A stretch of DNA of 64,000 nucleotides from an uncultured Nitrospiraceae bacterium (GCA_963811165.1 CAWEQH010000008.1:384001-448000); one strand, 5' to 3'. Shown: positions 20,496-31,627, numbered from the stretch's first letter. Notes: a model not told the origin generated them from the letters alone. Numbers and translations: made by a program.

Positions 20496-20575
20496 AGCGC
20501 TTTTACCATAACCTAAAGACTGTCTATCTCAGACCCTGCGAGGTATATATCAGTCTGAAGGAGCCTGCACTCTAA
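20492..20575 (+). pseudogene. cheD: N-terminal stub of cheD (27 aa)
   Basis: ATGA-coupled to cheR; MKRFYHNLKTVYLRPCEVYISLKEPAL* resembles the CheD N-terminus (VYLxPGE...P) but stops before TVLGSC. Confidence 0.6.
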
Positions 20576-20596
20576 AGACATGGTTTCTCTTTGGGC

Positions 20597-20623
20597 TAAA
20601 GTAATTAACAAATATGCCGATAA
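20597..20623 (+). promoter_or_regulatory. sigma28 promoter of flgM
   Basis: Consensus match TAAA-N15-GCCGATAA. Confidence 0.85.
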
Positions 20624-20654
20624 AAAAGGAAACATCTCTCACAGGAGAGTCGGA

Positions 20655-20945
20655 ATGGGGCTTTACAAAAATAAACCCTCGGAAGGGCAGATTGTTCACG
20701 TCGCGGCCCGGAGGGTAGGTAAAAATGATCCTGCACTGGAAAAATGCCCATTCGGTGAAGAGGGCACTGACAGTATAAATCTTTCAGGGATATCCAGGGT
20801 AGGGAGCGAGCGGAAAACCGCCCTTGCGCAGTTGCCGGAAATCAGGTGGAGCAAGGTCCTGGCCATCCAAAAAGCATTGGTCGAAGGGACGTATGAGATC
20901 GATTCGCGGAAGATAGCCGCAGTGTTGATCGATGAAGCGGTATGA
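20655..20945 (+). CDS. flgM: anti-sigma28 factor FlgM
   Basis: DSINLS...LPEIRWSKVLAIQKALVEGTYEIDSRKIA; SD AGGAG; sigma28 promoter. Confidence 0.85.
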   Translation: MGLYKNKPSEGQIVHVAARRVGKNDPALEKCPFGEEGTDSINLSGISRVGSERKTALAQLPEIRWSKVLAIQKALVEGTYEIDSRKIAAVLIDEAV

Positions 20946-21361
20946 TGCCAGATGAAGCCGTTATAAAGATATTGAACGAGCAGATAAATGTGTACAAGAT
21001 GCTTGTTGATCTGCTTCAGAGGGCCTGTCTTCCCGAACTAAACGGCTTGGGTGTCGAGGCGCTTTCAAAGGAGAAGGACACCTTGATTACGAGGTTGAGA
21101 CTTTTGGAGGAAAAGAGGATGAGGCTTTTCATGAAGCATTTTAACGGTGATGTCAGCCTCCAGAAGCTGGGCGAACTGACCGGAGATGATATCTTCATGG
21201 AGATACGATCGAAACTGCTTTCCCTTCTTCAGAGTATCGAGGAATTGAATCAATTCGACGGGCTGGGGCATTTTCTCAACTATATAAAATTAGAGACCAC
21301 GGTGGGTTTTTTGGGGCTTTCCGGCCGGAATAGGGGCGCGGGTGCTGACATTTCAAGGTAG
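20942..21361 (+). CDS. flgN: flagellar export chaperone FlgN-like
   Basis: Helical protein directly after flgM, ILNEQINVYKMLVDLLQ...KEKDTL...LEEKR pattern. Confidence 0.7.
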   Translation: MMPDEAVIKILNEQINVYKMLVDLLQRACLPELNGLGVEALSKEKDTLITRLRLLEEKRMRLFMKHFNGDVSLQKLGELTGDDIFMEIRSKLLSLLQSIEELNQFDGLGHFLNYIKLETTVGFLGLSGRNRGAGADISR

Positions 21362-21456
21362 ATGTCACTTTTCGTATCGTTTGACCAGCCGCGCTGAGAA
21401 AATAAATTCTTTTTTTGGCCTGGACCTAGACCCGTTAGAACGTCGGCGATGTCTCC

Positions 21457-21945
21457 TTAGCCCAGGAGGGAGGCAACTTTTTTGACGAGGGAAAGGATCA
21501 ATCTGTGCCGCGAGAGCTTCGACGGACGGATGAACCTCCTGGCTATGAGCCAATTGAACGGGAATTTCAGATGGAAATTATAGCGCGAAGACCTTACCGC
21601 CCTGCCCATCACATCTTCAAACGGAGTGAACCCATCATCGCCTTCGACAGCGTCACCCCTCGTAATTATGCCATGCCCCGTAATCTTTATGACCCTGTGC
21701 AATACGAGTCGGCCCTCCCAGTTCCGTAAGAAGGCGATATCGCCCACCCGCAACGATTTGCCGGGTTGTATCTCCACGTTGTCTCCATGCTTAATGAAAG
21801 GTGACATGCTGCTCCCGCCTGCCACAAAGACAAGGCCTTTGCCGCTTCCGAGCACTTCTTGAGCTATGTCATGGAAGTTTTCCCTGCCGATGTCGAACAT
21901 GCCCGATGGTAATCCCTTTTGGAAAAGCGCCATGTATTTCCTCAT
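21457..21945 (-). CDS. S24/S26 (signal peptidase-like) peptidase, soluble
   Basis: GSSMSPFI, GDI, LHRV, TRGD motifs (Ser/His, Sec11-like); no TM anchor. Confidence 0.8.
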   Translation of the reverse strand: MRKYMALFQKGLPSGMFDIGRENFHDIAQEVLGSGKGLVFVAGGSSMSPFIKHGDNVEIQPGKSLRVGDIAFLRNWEGRLVLHRVIKITGHGIITRGDAVEGDDGFTPFEDVMGRAVRSSRYNFHLKFPFNWLIARRFIRPSKLSRHRLILSLVKKVASLLG

Positions 21946-22862
21946 CCCGAGACGAACCCTTCAAGCAAGTCCGCCGCCTTCTGGTCCGGTGTGAAGTGAA
22001 GATCATAGGAAGGTACGGCCGAGACCAGTTTACTGCAAAACGCAAGGATCATCGTCAGTGTCCCAGCGTCGTACCATGGTATGGTAGTTACCGGCATAAG
22101 CCGCTCCAGCGCTTCATTAGGACCTATAGCCACAATCCTGTTTGTTTCGCTCTGCATCAGAAAGTATATCCCCGTGAGTGGAAGGTCCTTATTTATAGCA
22201 ATGCCTGCATCGCCCGGCCATGGCGTTCCGAAGGCCCTGAAACCTTCCCCGACCTTCCTGACTATCACGCGGTCATCACTGAGCGCCTCGTGCCCAGCCG
22301 AAGAAAGGAGCCTTGAAATTGTGCTTTTCCCTGCGCCGGATTTTCCCGGAAAAAGACAACCTTGTCCGCCCACGTCAGCGAAGGAGGAGTGGAACAAGGC
22401 CCCTTCCCTATGTGCGAGCACGTACATCATCAATAGTTGATCCAGCGGATAGATCAGAGGATTTCTGACCATCTTTTTGCCTTCAACTTCCACAATGGTC
22501 ATGTCACCGCAATAGATGGTCACTTTTTCGAAGGCGCGATCAAAGCGGGCCACGCATTCCGGACCACCGGGTAAAGAAGGGTTTAGGACCAAATAATATT
22601 CGGCTCCCTTTTTACACATGGCCCATGAATCGCCGCATCTGAAGATTTCCGTCAGCTGCCCGGTGCGGGGAAGGTCTTTTATTTTCAGGTCTACAGGAAT
22701 AGGCTGAGCCCCTGCGTCACGGATGTCTGCGCTTGCAATAAAGGGCTCATACGTTGCCGGGTTGGGCTCAATCAGTAATGGCATATCTACAGAGCGAATG
22801 AGGAAGCTAATATCCGCGATCGATATTCTCATCGAGCGCGAGCTGCGGTCCATTACAGGCAT
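21942..22862 (-). CDS. HprK-related P-loop kinase-like protein (RiPP-cluster associated)
   Basis: LFHSS...FPGKSGAGKST Walker A, LSDDRVIV, GTPW; start uncertain (22832-22862), shortened to avoid overlap with the precursor. Confidence 0.75.
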   Translation of the reverse strand: MPVMDRSSRSMRISIADISFLIRSVDMPLLIEPNPATYEPFIASADIRDAGAQPIPVDLKIKDLPRTGQLTEIFRCGDSWAMCKKGAEYYLVLNPSLPGGPECVARFDRAFEKVTIYCGDMTIVEVEGKKMVRNPLIYPLDQLLMMYVLAHREGALFHSSFADVGGQGCLFPGKSGAGKSTISRLLSSAGHEALSDDRVIVRKVGEGFRAFGTPWPGDAGIAINKDLPLTGIYFLMQSETNRIVAIGPNEALERLMPVTTIPWYDAGTLTMILAFCSKLVSAVPSYDLHFTPDQKAADLLEGFVSG

Positions 22863-22881
22863 CGGATGACCACGTTGGCCA

Positions 22882-23064
22882 TTAAGATCCATACGCTCCA
22901 GGCACGGAACAAGGCGAAAAACCGCACGATCCGCCATTTTTCCCGGGCGCTCCATTAGTTGATTTGCAGTTGACAGCCAGCACTTCTTCGGCAGCCAGCG
23001 GTATGGTCCTCAATCTTGGTTTGTCATAGGGCTGTTTGGAGATTTTTTCTTTCTTCTGTTTCAT
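22882..23064 (-). CDS. putative RiPP precursor peptide (60 aa)
   Basis: SD AAAGGTG; MKQKKEKISKQPYDKPRLRTIPLAAEEVLA-VNCKSTNGAPGKNGGSCGFSPCSVPGAYGS; YxxPxL leader, Gly/Ser/Cys-rich core. Confidence 0.8.
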   Translation of the reverse strand: MKQKKEKISKQPYDKPRLRTIPLAAEEVLAVNCKSTNGAPGKNGGSCGFSPCSVPGAYGS

Positions 23065-24160
23065 GATCATCACCTTTCGATAAACGGTTTATTATGCGTC
23101 GATAACGAAGCTCTCCCATCTTGCAGATATAGTCGGAGAGTATGTCCTCCGACCCGCTTTCCAGTCTGAAAAAAGAGGGACAGTAGCCGCAGAGATTTAT
23201 TTTTTCGCAGCCCCTGCATGCGAACCCGGTACCTGCTTTTTTTCTTCTTATCCGAACTGTGATATCGTCCCAGCCAGCGGAGAACCCGCCTCCGGAGATG
23301 TCGTTCTGAATATCCAGAGTCATCATACAAGGTTGAAGCATGCCGTAAGGGTCGACATGGAAACCGGTCACCCCGGCCCCGCACCCGTACAGGTCATCAG
23401 TCAATATATGCCCCTTCATTCCTTGAAAGAAATTTTCCCAGAGACGGACCCGCTTAGGGTCGGAAAATTCCCTTTCTATTGCCTCCTCGGGGGAGACCCT
23501 GAGACCCAGGGGCGCTTTGTCCCCGTCTGTACAGGGTGATATCGCCGCGTCGAACCGGAACCGGACGCCTAATCCCTCGGCGATATGCTGCATTTCTAAT
23601 AATTCATGACTGTTTGTTGTCATGAGTATCGTCTTGAGATTTACCTTTATGTTATTTTCCAGGAGCCGCCTTATCCCCAGCAAACACCTTTCGTAAGAGC
23701 CTTCGACCCCCGTTACTTCTTCATATGTGCGTGCAGTGGCCCCGTAAAGACTTATCTCCACTAGAAGGGGGGGGAGGTCCCTAAATAGCCCGATGACTTC
23801 ATCCGTTACCAGAGTGCCATTGGAGAAGACCGTGATCAAGAGCCCTTTTTCCTTTGCATTCCGGTAAATCTCCGGAAAGTCTGTCCGCAAAAGGGGCTCC
23901 CCGCCGGTGATAAGCAGGTTCAAGCACCCTGCCTCTGCAATTTCATCGAGCAAAGAAATAATCCTTGCGGTGCCCATTTCACGCGACTGTCGTTTCCGCC
24001 TTGAATCATCCCCTCCCAAATAGCAATGAACGCATCTGAGGTTGCAGCGATAGGTGATCTCAAGGCTTCCTGAAAGGGGTATATGATCTCTCGCAGACTT
24101 CAGGTAGAACTCGTTCATGTATTCTGCGGCAGTGGGCCATTTTCCATCCGGGCACTGCAT
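23024..24160 (-). CDS. radical SAM / SPASM domain peptide maturase
   Basis: CNLRCVHC, TGGEPL, SPASM CGAG...DPYG..QPC...CRGCEKINLCGYCP. Confidence 0.92.
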   Translation of the reverse strand: MQCPDGKWPTAAEYMNEFYLKSARDHIPLSGSLEITYRCNLRCVHCYLGGDDSRRKRQSREMGTARIISLLDEIAEAGCLNLLITGGEPLLRTDFPEIYRNAKEKGLLITVFSNGTLVTDEVIGLFRDLPPLLVEISLYGATARTYEEVTGVEGSYERCLLGIRRLLENNIKVNLKTILMTTNSHELLEMQHIAEGLGVRFRFDAAISPCTDGDKAPLGLRVSPEEAIEREFSDPKRVRLWENFFQGMKGHILTDDLYGCGAGVTGFHVDPYGMLQPCMMTLDIQNDISGGGFSAGWDDITVRIRRKKAGTGFACRGCEKINLCGYCPSFFRLESGSEDILSDYICKMGELRYRRIINRLSKGDDHETEERKNLQTAL

Positions 24161-24162
24161 CT

Positions 24163-24483
24163 TCAGCTTGTCCCTTCATGGATCAGCCCCGCTTCCAGGA
24201 GCTCCGCAATAAACTCCTGAATGTCGGAGTCGGCCTGTTCCTTGCCCACATCGAACCTGGCGATAATATCGTCACGGATCTCATTCACCTTTTTTTTGCC
24301 GTCCAGACCGTCCCATATATATGCCGCGACGGGAGTAAGGGTGAAGATATTTTGCATATCGGCCAGCTGCCCTTTGACCGGAACAAGGAACAGTTCCCCG
24401 CCTATCCTGCGGGAGACGACATCCTTGTCGGGCAGAAATACCTTGCCCCATATGTCGCTATGCGATCGGTGAAACGATTCCAT
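24163..24483 (-). CDS. PqqD family protein (RiPP recognition element)
   Basis: VVSRRIGGELFLVP...FTLTPVAAYIWDGLDG...FDV..EQADSDIQEFIAELLEAGLI. Confidence 0.9.
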   Translation of the reverse strand: MESFHRSHSDIWGKVFLPDKDVVSRRIGGELFLVPVKGQLADMQNIFTLTPVAAYIWDGLDGKKKVNEIRDDIIARFDVGKEQADSDIQEFIAELLEAGLIHEGTS

Positions 24484-24497
24484 AGTCGTCTTTATCT

Positions 24498-27400
24498 TTA
24501 TCTTAATCTTATCTTAAGCGCCGGATCGCCCAGGATGCCGTATATGTCGGTCATAAAGGGCAGGGAGCCGGTCAGCTTGTATTTTGCGAGTGCCTGTTTC
24601 ACCGCGTCGCCGAGGGTCTTTTTCTTGTCTGTGAAAACGGCCTTATAGAACTCCCTGTTCAGTATTTTAGCCTCTGAGTCGTCTGAGAGTCCAGTGGAAG
24701 ACCATACTGCAGCCGCACCGCCGTTGTCTTTCAAGACAAGCAGACTGCCTAACGTGGAATACCCGGGGATTGCAAATTCACCCGCCGAACATGTCATGGC
24801 AGTCACGATGGGAAGTCCTGCTGCATTTGGCAGAAGGGGCATATCGTCAGTAGTCAGCACCCCCTGTCCTGAAAGCTGGTACGGCGAGGCATGGCCTATG
24901 TAGTTGAAAAATGCCGCCCCGATGCCGAGGTCATTGAAAAGCATGGTTCTTGCGGTGTTGGCAGAGACCTCCGAAAGGTATACCTTTTCCCTTATATAGT
25001 TGTAAGGGAAAAGGGCCGCCAGCCCTTCGCTTTCGGCTGTAAAATCCCCTGCCTCGTCGGGGTTGTCGGCAAGCAGGATTATCCGGTTGCCCTTGGTCTT
25101 CTCAAAGTTCTTTATGTTGGTTATGGCATTCTGCAACTCCTTGGGCGTCAGCGCCGGCAGTCTCCCTATCGCCATCTCGGGCAGATGGTTCCCATTTATA
25201 TCGGCCAGAGAATTGTCGGATGTGGCCAGACCGTATAACGACGGGACCAAAGCCGGAGGGATCAGGTTCCAGCCGAACCCCAGGTTATCCCTGTAGTCCC
25301 ATGTGCCCTCTCCGGCCAGGACCACGTATTGCGGCGCTTTCTTCCAGTTGGAATACGCATACGAAAGGAACTTCCTGATGGCGTCCGGGCTTGAAAGACC
25401 GAAGTTGAATTCGTTCATGATATCATCGAGATTTACTGACCATGGTTTTTAGTCCCTGTGATGTCCTGTAATCCGCAAGGGGTTTGGCGGCTGAGGCCAG
25501 TTCCGACGGGGCTATCACGATGTAGTCGGCCGCGTTACTCCTCGCCTGCAGATTCGATGGGTTGACCGCCTCGGCGTTAACGACCTTAGTGACAGCATCT
25601 GCCGCTACCGACATATAAAGCGCTCCCGGTGAAACAGGGGTCAGGCTGACCTGCCAATCGCCGGTAGTGCCGGTAACAACGGCAGAGGTGTTCAGTTTCG
25701 GCAGTTGTTGGTTCGCAATGTCCAAGACAAGTATGTCCGGAGTAGCCGAAGTGAACCCTCCGATACTTACGCTTTTGTTGCCGTCTCCCCTGAAGACCAG
25801 CTCATTGCCGTCTGTGTTATATAATCTTTTGTATTTGAGGTCGAAGGAGTCTATGAGATCATAACTCCAGGGGACTCCTGCATCGAGCAGACCAGCCACC
25901 TCAAGCGTATTATTCCCCTCGACAATCAAAGACTGAGAGAAAGAAGCGGTCAGGGTATAGGCGTCCAGGCCGCTCCATAGTCCTTCACCTATCTGATGAT
26001 CGTTTAGCTTCACCACCACATGATGGTCGGGAGTCATTCCGGTGTCCGATCCGCCAAGGAGATGCAGCTGCAGGGTGGCCATCTCCTGAGTCTCCGCTTT
26101 CCCGGTTACCTGGAACGAAAGTTCTTTTGGAAGGTCTGAGTAAGCAGGGCTGAGGTAGATGCCCGTCCAGGCCCACAGGTCCGCCTCAGGGTCGGTGAAC
26201 TGGCCGAGGTTCGGGATCATGTCCTGTTCGAGGTGCAAGGTGTCTGTGAAGGTCTCATCCCCCGTTACAGGGACAGGCTTCGGCCGGTCTCGTTGGTCAT
26301 GGGCGTTCCCTTGCCGCTATCGATCCAGTATATGTTATCACGGGTATACACATTGTCCGTCCCAACGCCGTAGAAGAAGATGCCGGTGTTGTTCTGTGCA
26401 GGCAGATAGGCAACCTGCTTGCCCTGGCTGCTCATGGACAACTGGTTGTTTTTGATCATGGCAGAGGCTTTTGCGTAGCTGATACCCAGCATGGATGAGA
26501 TATCGTTTGCATCCACGTAATAGAGCCCATTGTCCGTAATAGGGATCTTTATGCGGATTCCGGTCTGTTTCGTATTGGGGTCCTTTACCGATCTTTCGAA
26601 AGAGTCCCGTGACTGTAAGCGGGCCTTCTCTGAGACCGACAGTCCACGGGGCTCTCTGGTGTAGTCGGACGAAGAGGAGGCGTTTACGCCGGCTGACCTT
26701 GCCGCACTGCTCTTGAGTGCCTGAGAGCCGATAACATCTCCGCCTCCGACCACGATGGAGAAGGGGCCGTATATGATTCGATTGCCGCTCTTTTCAACCT
26801 CGACAAGCTTGTACTTATAGGCTCCGCCAGGTGAAGCATCCCTGTCGATAAGTGTATATGTTCCGCCATTAGGCGACGTGAGCATCCCCGGCAGCAGGCC
26901 CTCTGTCACACTCTGGTATTTACCTGTGGCAGGGTCAAGTCTCTGCAGGTAAAAGCCCAGCGTATTGTTCTCCAGCGTCGTCTCCCACTCCACCACCACC
27001 TGGCCGTTAAGCTCATGGGCACTGAAGGAGGAGAGGACCACCAGAGTCGGAGCAGCAGGACTGTAGTACCCAAAATTGACCCCGCTCTGATTGCCGCCGC
27101 CAAGGTTTACCGTCTCCTGGCCGTTGAAAGGACCTGTTGTGCCCTCGGTCTTCTCATAGGAAGTGGAGAAACCCGTCAGCACGCCTGCCGCGTCCGTAAT
27201 TTTGATCGTATAGGTGCCGCTGGCCAGGCCATTAAAAATGTAAGTGCCGTCTGAAGCAGTGGCTGTTGTGGCGACAACAGTGCTGTTTTGTAACAGATCG
27301 ATAGTTACCCCGGCCAGCCCGCCTTCTCCGCTGTCGATTGCCCCGTTATCGTTGCTGTCTTGCCATAAAGTACCTGACACGCTCCGGGGGGTCGTTGCCC

Positions 27401-30400
27401 GATAGCCGAAATTTTCTGTCAGGACACTAACCCCGCCGCTAATGATATATCGCTTGCTGCTGGCCGCACCTTCCTGCATCGCTGTCTGTCCCGGTGAATG
27501 TATACCCAGTCAACGGGGTCTGCGGGGAGCCGCTTACGCATTCGATACTCACGATATAATTTCCATCGCTCAGACCGGAAAAGATGTAGTTGCCGTTTGC
27601 ATCAGTAGTAAGGGTGGCAACAACTCGTCGCTACCGTCTATGCGCCGAGTTCCGGAATCGGTATATAACTCACTGTAATTCCGCTGAGGCCGGGCTCGCC
27701 GGCAATCCTGGGCACCGTTGCCGTTCATATCATTAAATACCGTATAGCCGATCGCCCTTTTCAGGCTGTACCCGAAGTTGGGGGCAGAAGAGTAATCAAC
27801 ATTGCCCGCAAGATTGACGATCTGTTTTGAGCCGGTTACCGCAGAGGTGGTCGTGCCGTAGTAGTTGGCGAGCTTTCCGCCTGTGTCGGTGATCCTGACG
27901 GTATAGTCCGCCCCGCCGCCGGTAAGCCCCGAAAATGTGAATAAGCCATTGGCGTCAGTCGTCGTATTTGCAATGGCATTGAGACTCGCATCGAGCAGGT
28001 CCACAGTCACATAGGGTATCCCGGTTTCACCGGCGTTAAAGACGCCGTTGCCGTTGGAATCGGACCAGACGCGGTCGGTGATGGTATAGGTCGATGCGCT
28101 ATGGTAGCCGAAATTGGCAAACAGGACGACCTCGCCTGAACTGAGGTCCTGTATAAGTAAGGGATTGCCGGACGGCGCGGTCCTCGTATACCCTGAAAGC
28201 TTCGTCTGGGTTTCATCGATTCGCAGGAAGTAGTCATTCGTGCCGTTGGCTGTGACACCGGTAAACAGATAGCTTCCGTCCGGCGCGGTAGTAACGGTAC
28301 TTACTTTCGTATCGGTTGCAGGATTGAATATCCGGTCACCGTTGTCCAGCCAAAGCTCTACGCTCACACCGGCCAATCCGGCTTCGCCCGCATCGCGAGT
28401 CCCGTTACTGTTTGCGTCGCTCCAGGCGTAATTGCCGATGGCCGCAAAACCCGCAGCCGATTTATACCCCAGGTTCGCGTTCGTAAGAGACTGACCGGCG
28501 GTAAGATTGAAGGTGTTCGTGCGGTTGTCCGTGTGGCCTGATGGCGCCGATTGCTGCAACCCGGAGGGAATGGTCCTAGGGGTAACCTCCACGTAGTAGC
28601 CGTTACCTGGCTCCATGCCGGTAAAAAGATAATGTCCTGTGGAGTCTGTCGTTGTCGTCATGACCGTGGCACCAAGCCAGTCCTTCAGGGTCACCTCCAC
28701 ATTACCAGTCCCGGTTCGCCTATATCCTGAGCGCCGTTGCTGTTTGAGTCAAGCCAGACCCGTCCCCCCGCTTCCGCGCTCTGTGAAGAAGGGTTCACGA
28801 CCAGATTCGTAACACTGGCGCTGACAGGCAAAGTAATTCGATTGCAGTTACTAAAGCGGTATTGGTTATCTGGTCAATTCCAGCGGCAAGGGGATTGTCT
28901 ACTGTGACATTATAAGTGAGCGTCAATGTGCCGACCTGCCGGCAGCGTATACCCAACGCCCTTGGTAAGCAGCTCCGGCGGAGCGTTCGGCTGGATATCG
29001 ACGTGAAAATTATCTGCGTAGAAGTAATGACCCGTGTTAGTGTACCCAGCCGAAACTACCAGTCTGACTCTGGTGTTGCTGCGAAAAGTATGTCGCAGGG
29101 ACGGAAAAACTTAGTTGCGTGAATGCAGTAAAGCGCCCCGATAAAAGTGGCAATGTTGTTCCAGGTGGTACCGTTCGTTGAGACATCTAAAGTAACGGTG
29201 TCCCCGGTCCCGGCACCTGTTTGACTACCATCGAAGATTATTGAGGCGCTGCCAGCCGATGAAAGATCGACACTGCGCTGTATTCCCCACGGACGAGTCA
29301 TGCCGTTAGCATCCTCGAAAACGCAGTTGCCCGCCTGTTATCCGCACTTGTCCACCGCCAACGTTATTGTCATCATTTATTTCAGTCCAGTTCGAGGCCC
29401 ATGTGCAGCTTGCCGTTATTGTTCGTATAGACACTGATAGTGAAATTGTCCAGAAAACTGCATATCGGTGACGCCTGGAGCACTACCTGCCACATAACTC
29501 ACGTCCAGATGGCAAAGGATCGTAGAGAGAAACACCCGTAACGGAATACCGCTGTGGATTCGTCACCGTAACGTATAGGTAAACTGGTTGCCTGGATACA
29601 GGGGATTCGTTGCATTAGAGGTCTTTGTGACCGTAAGATTGCCAAAAGTATTAAAAGCGAAATCCGAAGCGACAAACGTTTGGCTTGCTCCTGCCACGGT
29701 CCTGGTGCCGCTCGCCTGCACCACGTTGCGGGTGATATCGCCTACGGCGAAAATCTGCGTAGTCTGTGCAGTGAACGTGATGGTGATCGTCTGGTTCGGC
29801 GCCATATTGCCGAGCATACTGCTGGGCCAGGTCAGGATCAAATTGCCGCCGCTAATCGTGGGATTTGCGCGGCGCCGCTTATTGTGGTCATAGTCCGCCA
29901 GGGTGATCGTCGTGCTCTTGTTGACATACTGCCAGCCCGTTGGCAAAGTATCGATCACACTGATCCCATTTACATCAAAGTGATAAGAATTAACCACGAG
30001 GGTATAAGTGGATTGCGAACCCGATGCTGTTGCGACCACGACCGGGTTTGCGGATTTCTGGACTGTGAGCACCTTGTCGATAAAATCGCCGCCGGGGAAT
30101 GAGACATAACCCAGATCAATGGCCGGTGTTCCTGTAGGTGCTGTATCCGGATTTTGACCGTATGCGATCGCAATGGGACCGGTTGCCCAAACATGGCTGT
30201 TAGACATATCCCCGTCAGTCGCATCATACACGTATTGGGTCTGTAAGCGGTTAAGCGTATATGTATGATCGGCAACTCCATCATGATTTCTATCGACAAA
30301 GACCCGGGTATTGTCCTGGACAGGGGTGATAAAGATTCCTGAGTCATCGTAATCTCCCGCGGGGATAGGCGTACTGGTATGCCCCGGGAGCCCATCCGAA

Positions 30401-31627
30401 GAAATGCTCGTTGCCGAGCAGAAATGACGGGACAAGGGGATAGCCCCATTCATGGGTTGGTCCTCCGGTGTCGATGGTCGATACACCCCAGAAGACATCA
30501 GTAGCCTTCAGATAGACGCCGGAACCTGCCGGCACATACCCCCCGGTCATCTCGCTGAAAGAGCGTGTCTGTCCAGCGGGAACGCTGAATGAGCCCGAGG
30601 TCGTGCTGGTCTGGTAGTTGATAGTCAGGGCAGAAGACTGCGGGTTAAAGAGATAAAGCTGGGTGGGGAAGTTCAACCCCGCGTCGCTCGGAACAGGGGC
30701 ATAATATTCCTTGTCCCACATGCCGCTCGGAAAGGCGCTGAAGCCCCGGGCCTCAAATGTCGCGGTCTGGTCCCCTACTATGTAGTTTACCTGGAGCGTA
30801 TCTGAGCCCTGTATGACTGCTCCGGTAGGAAGGGATACCGTGCCTGTAGTCGGAAACGGCGCGAAACGATCCAGCAGGAAACTCTCTCCGGCGTTCAGCG
30901 TAACCTGAGTTGCGGTCTGGGTGCAGGGGTTATTGTGACTTATGCAGACAGTATCGCCGAATACCCCGTCCTTATTGAAATCAAAGGTGACAACGGTGTT
31001 ATCTTTTGTTGCCTGAATCAGTGCGAACACCCTTCTGAAATCGAGATAGTTCCGGGGAGCACCATAAAGATCGTCGCCGAAGGGCATGATATACCTGACC
31101 ATCTGCGGCTTGACCGGATAGACCTCCCAGGCCAGAGAAAAAACAGTTCCGTCGGTCTCATCCCAGCTCGAGCGCGTGACAGTTACCACTCCGCCGGCCA
31201 CATAGATGCGGTCGCGGCCGTCATAAAAAGTGGCGGTCCCCCTCGGGTTTACCGGAATGTTGGAGCTTTCAAATATCTTGCTGTCTCCGGCGTTGGCCAG
31301 GACATACTTCTCATCGGCAGTTGCGTCGGGGTTGTTCGGGTCGAAATTATATCCGTTCTCCCAATGGTCGTAGTAGATCGTAGTATCTGGGGACCAGGCA
31401 ACAACGCTGATGATTGTATGCCTGGGAGCGTTTAGGGCAACGGGACCGGCAGCACCGATGTCGGCCCATACCTGTCCCATGATGTTTTCATCACCGGGGA
31501 TGTAGTACTCGGAATAACCTGCAGGGGCAGAGCCGTAGCTGTAAGTCGCGCATGTTAACAGGATTATGAGACTTAATAATAATCCAGGAAGACTAATTAT
31601 CGGGTCCTTTGATCTCTTTGAAAGCAT
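24498..31627 (-). pseudogene. second giant surface protein (IgGFc-binding-like N-terminus, DUF11, SdrD-B-like repeats, C-terminal C25 peptidase module), broken by multiple frameshifts
   Basis: Collinear fragments 30344-31645, 29563-30498, 29056-29301, 27570-28700, 26265-27479, 25423-26238, 24498-25418; signal peptide and SD at 31627; SdrD-B motifs (IGNYAWSDANSNG..DAGE.GL.GV.V.L). Breaks may be real or assembly errors. Confidence 0.8.
24506..27026. repeat. copy A of ~2.52 kb direct repeat (C25 module)
   Basis: Near-identical to 31732-34252 (offset 7226); one extra C at 25436 and one missing A at 26283/4. Confidence 0.95.

Noticed and set aside
21457..24483. Lasso peptide or PQQ biosynthesis cluster
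   Set aside because: No asparagine-synthetase-like cyclase or B2 protease; no pqqB/pqqC and no ExxxY core
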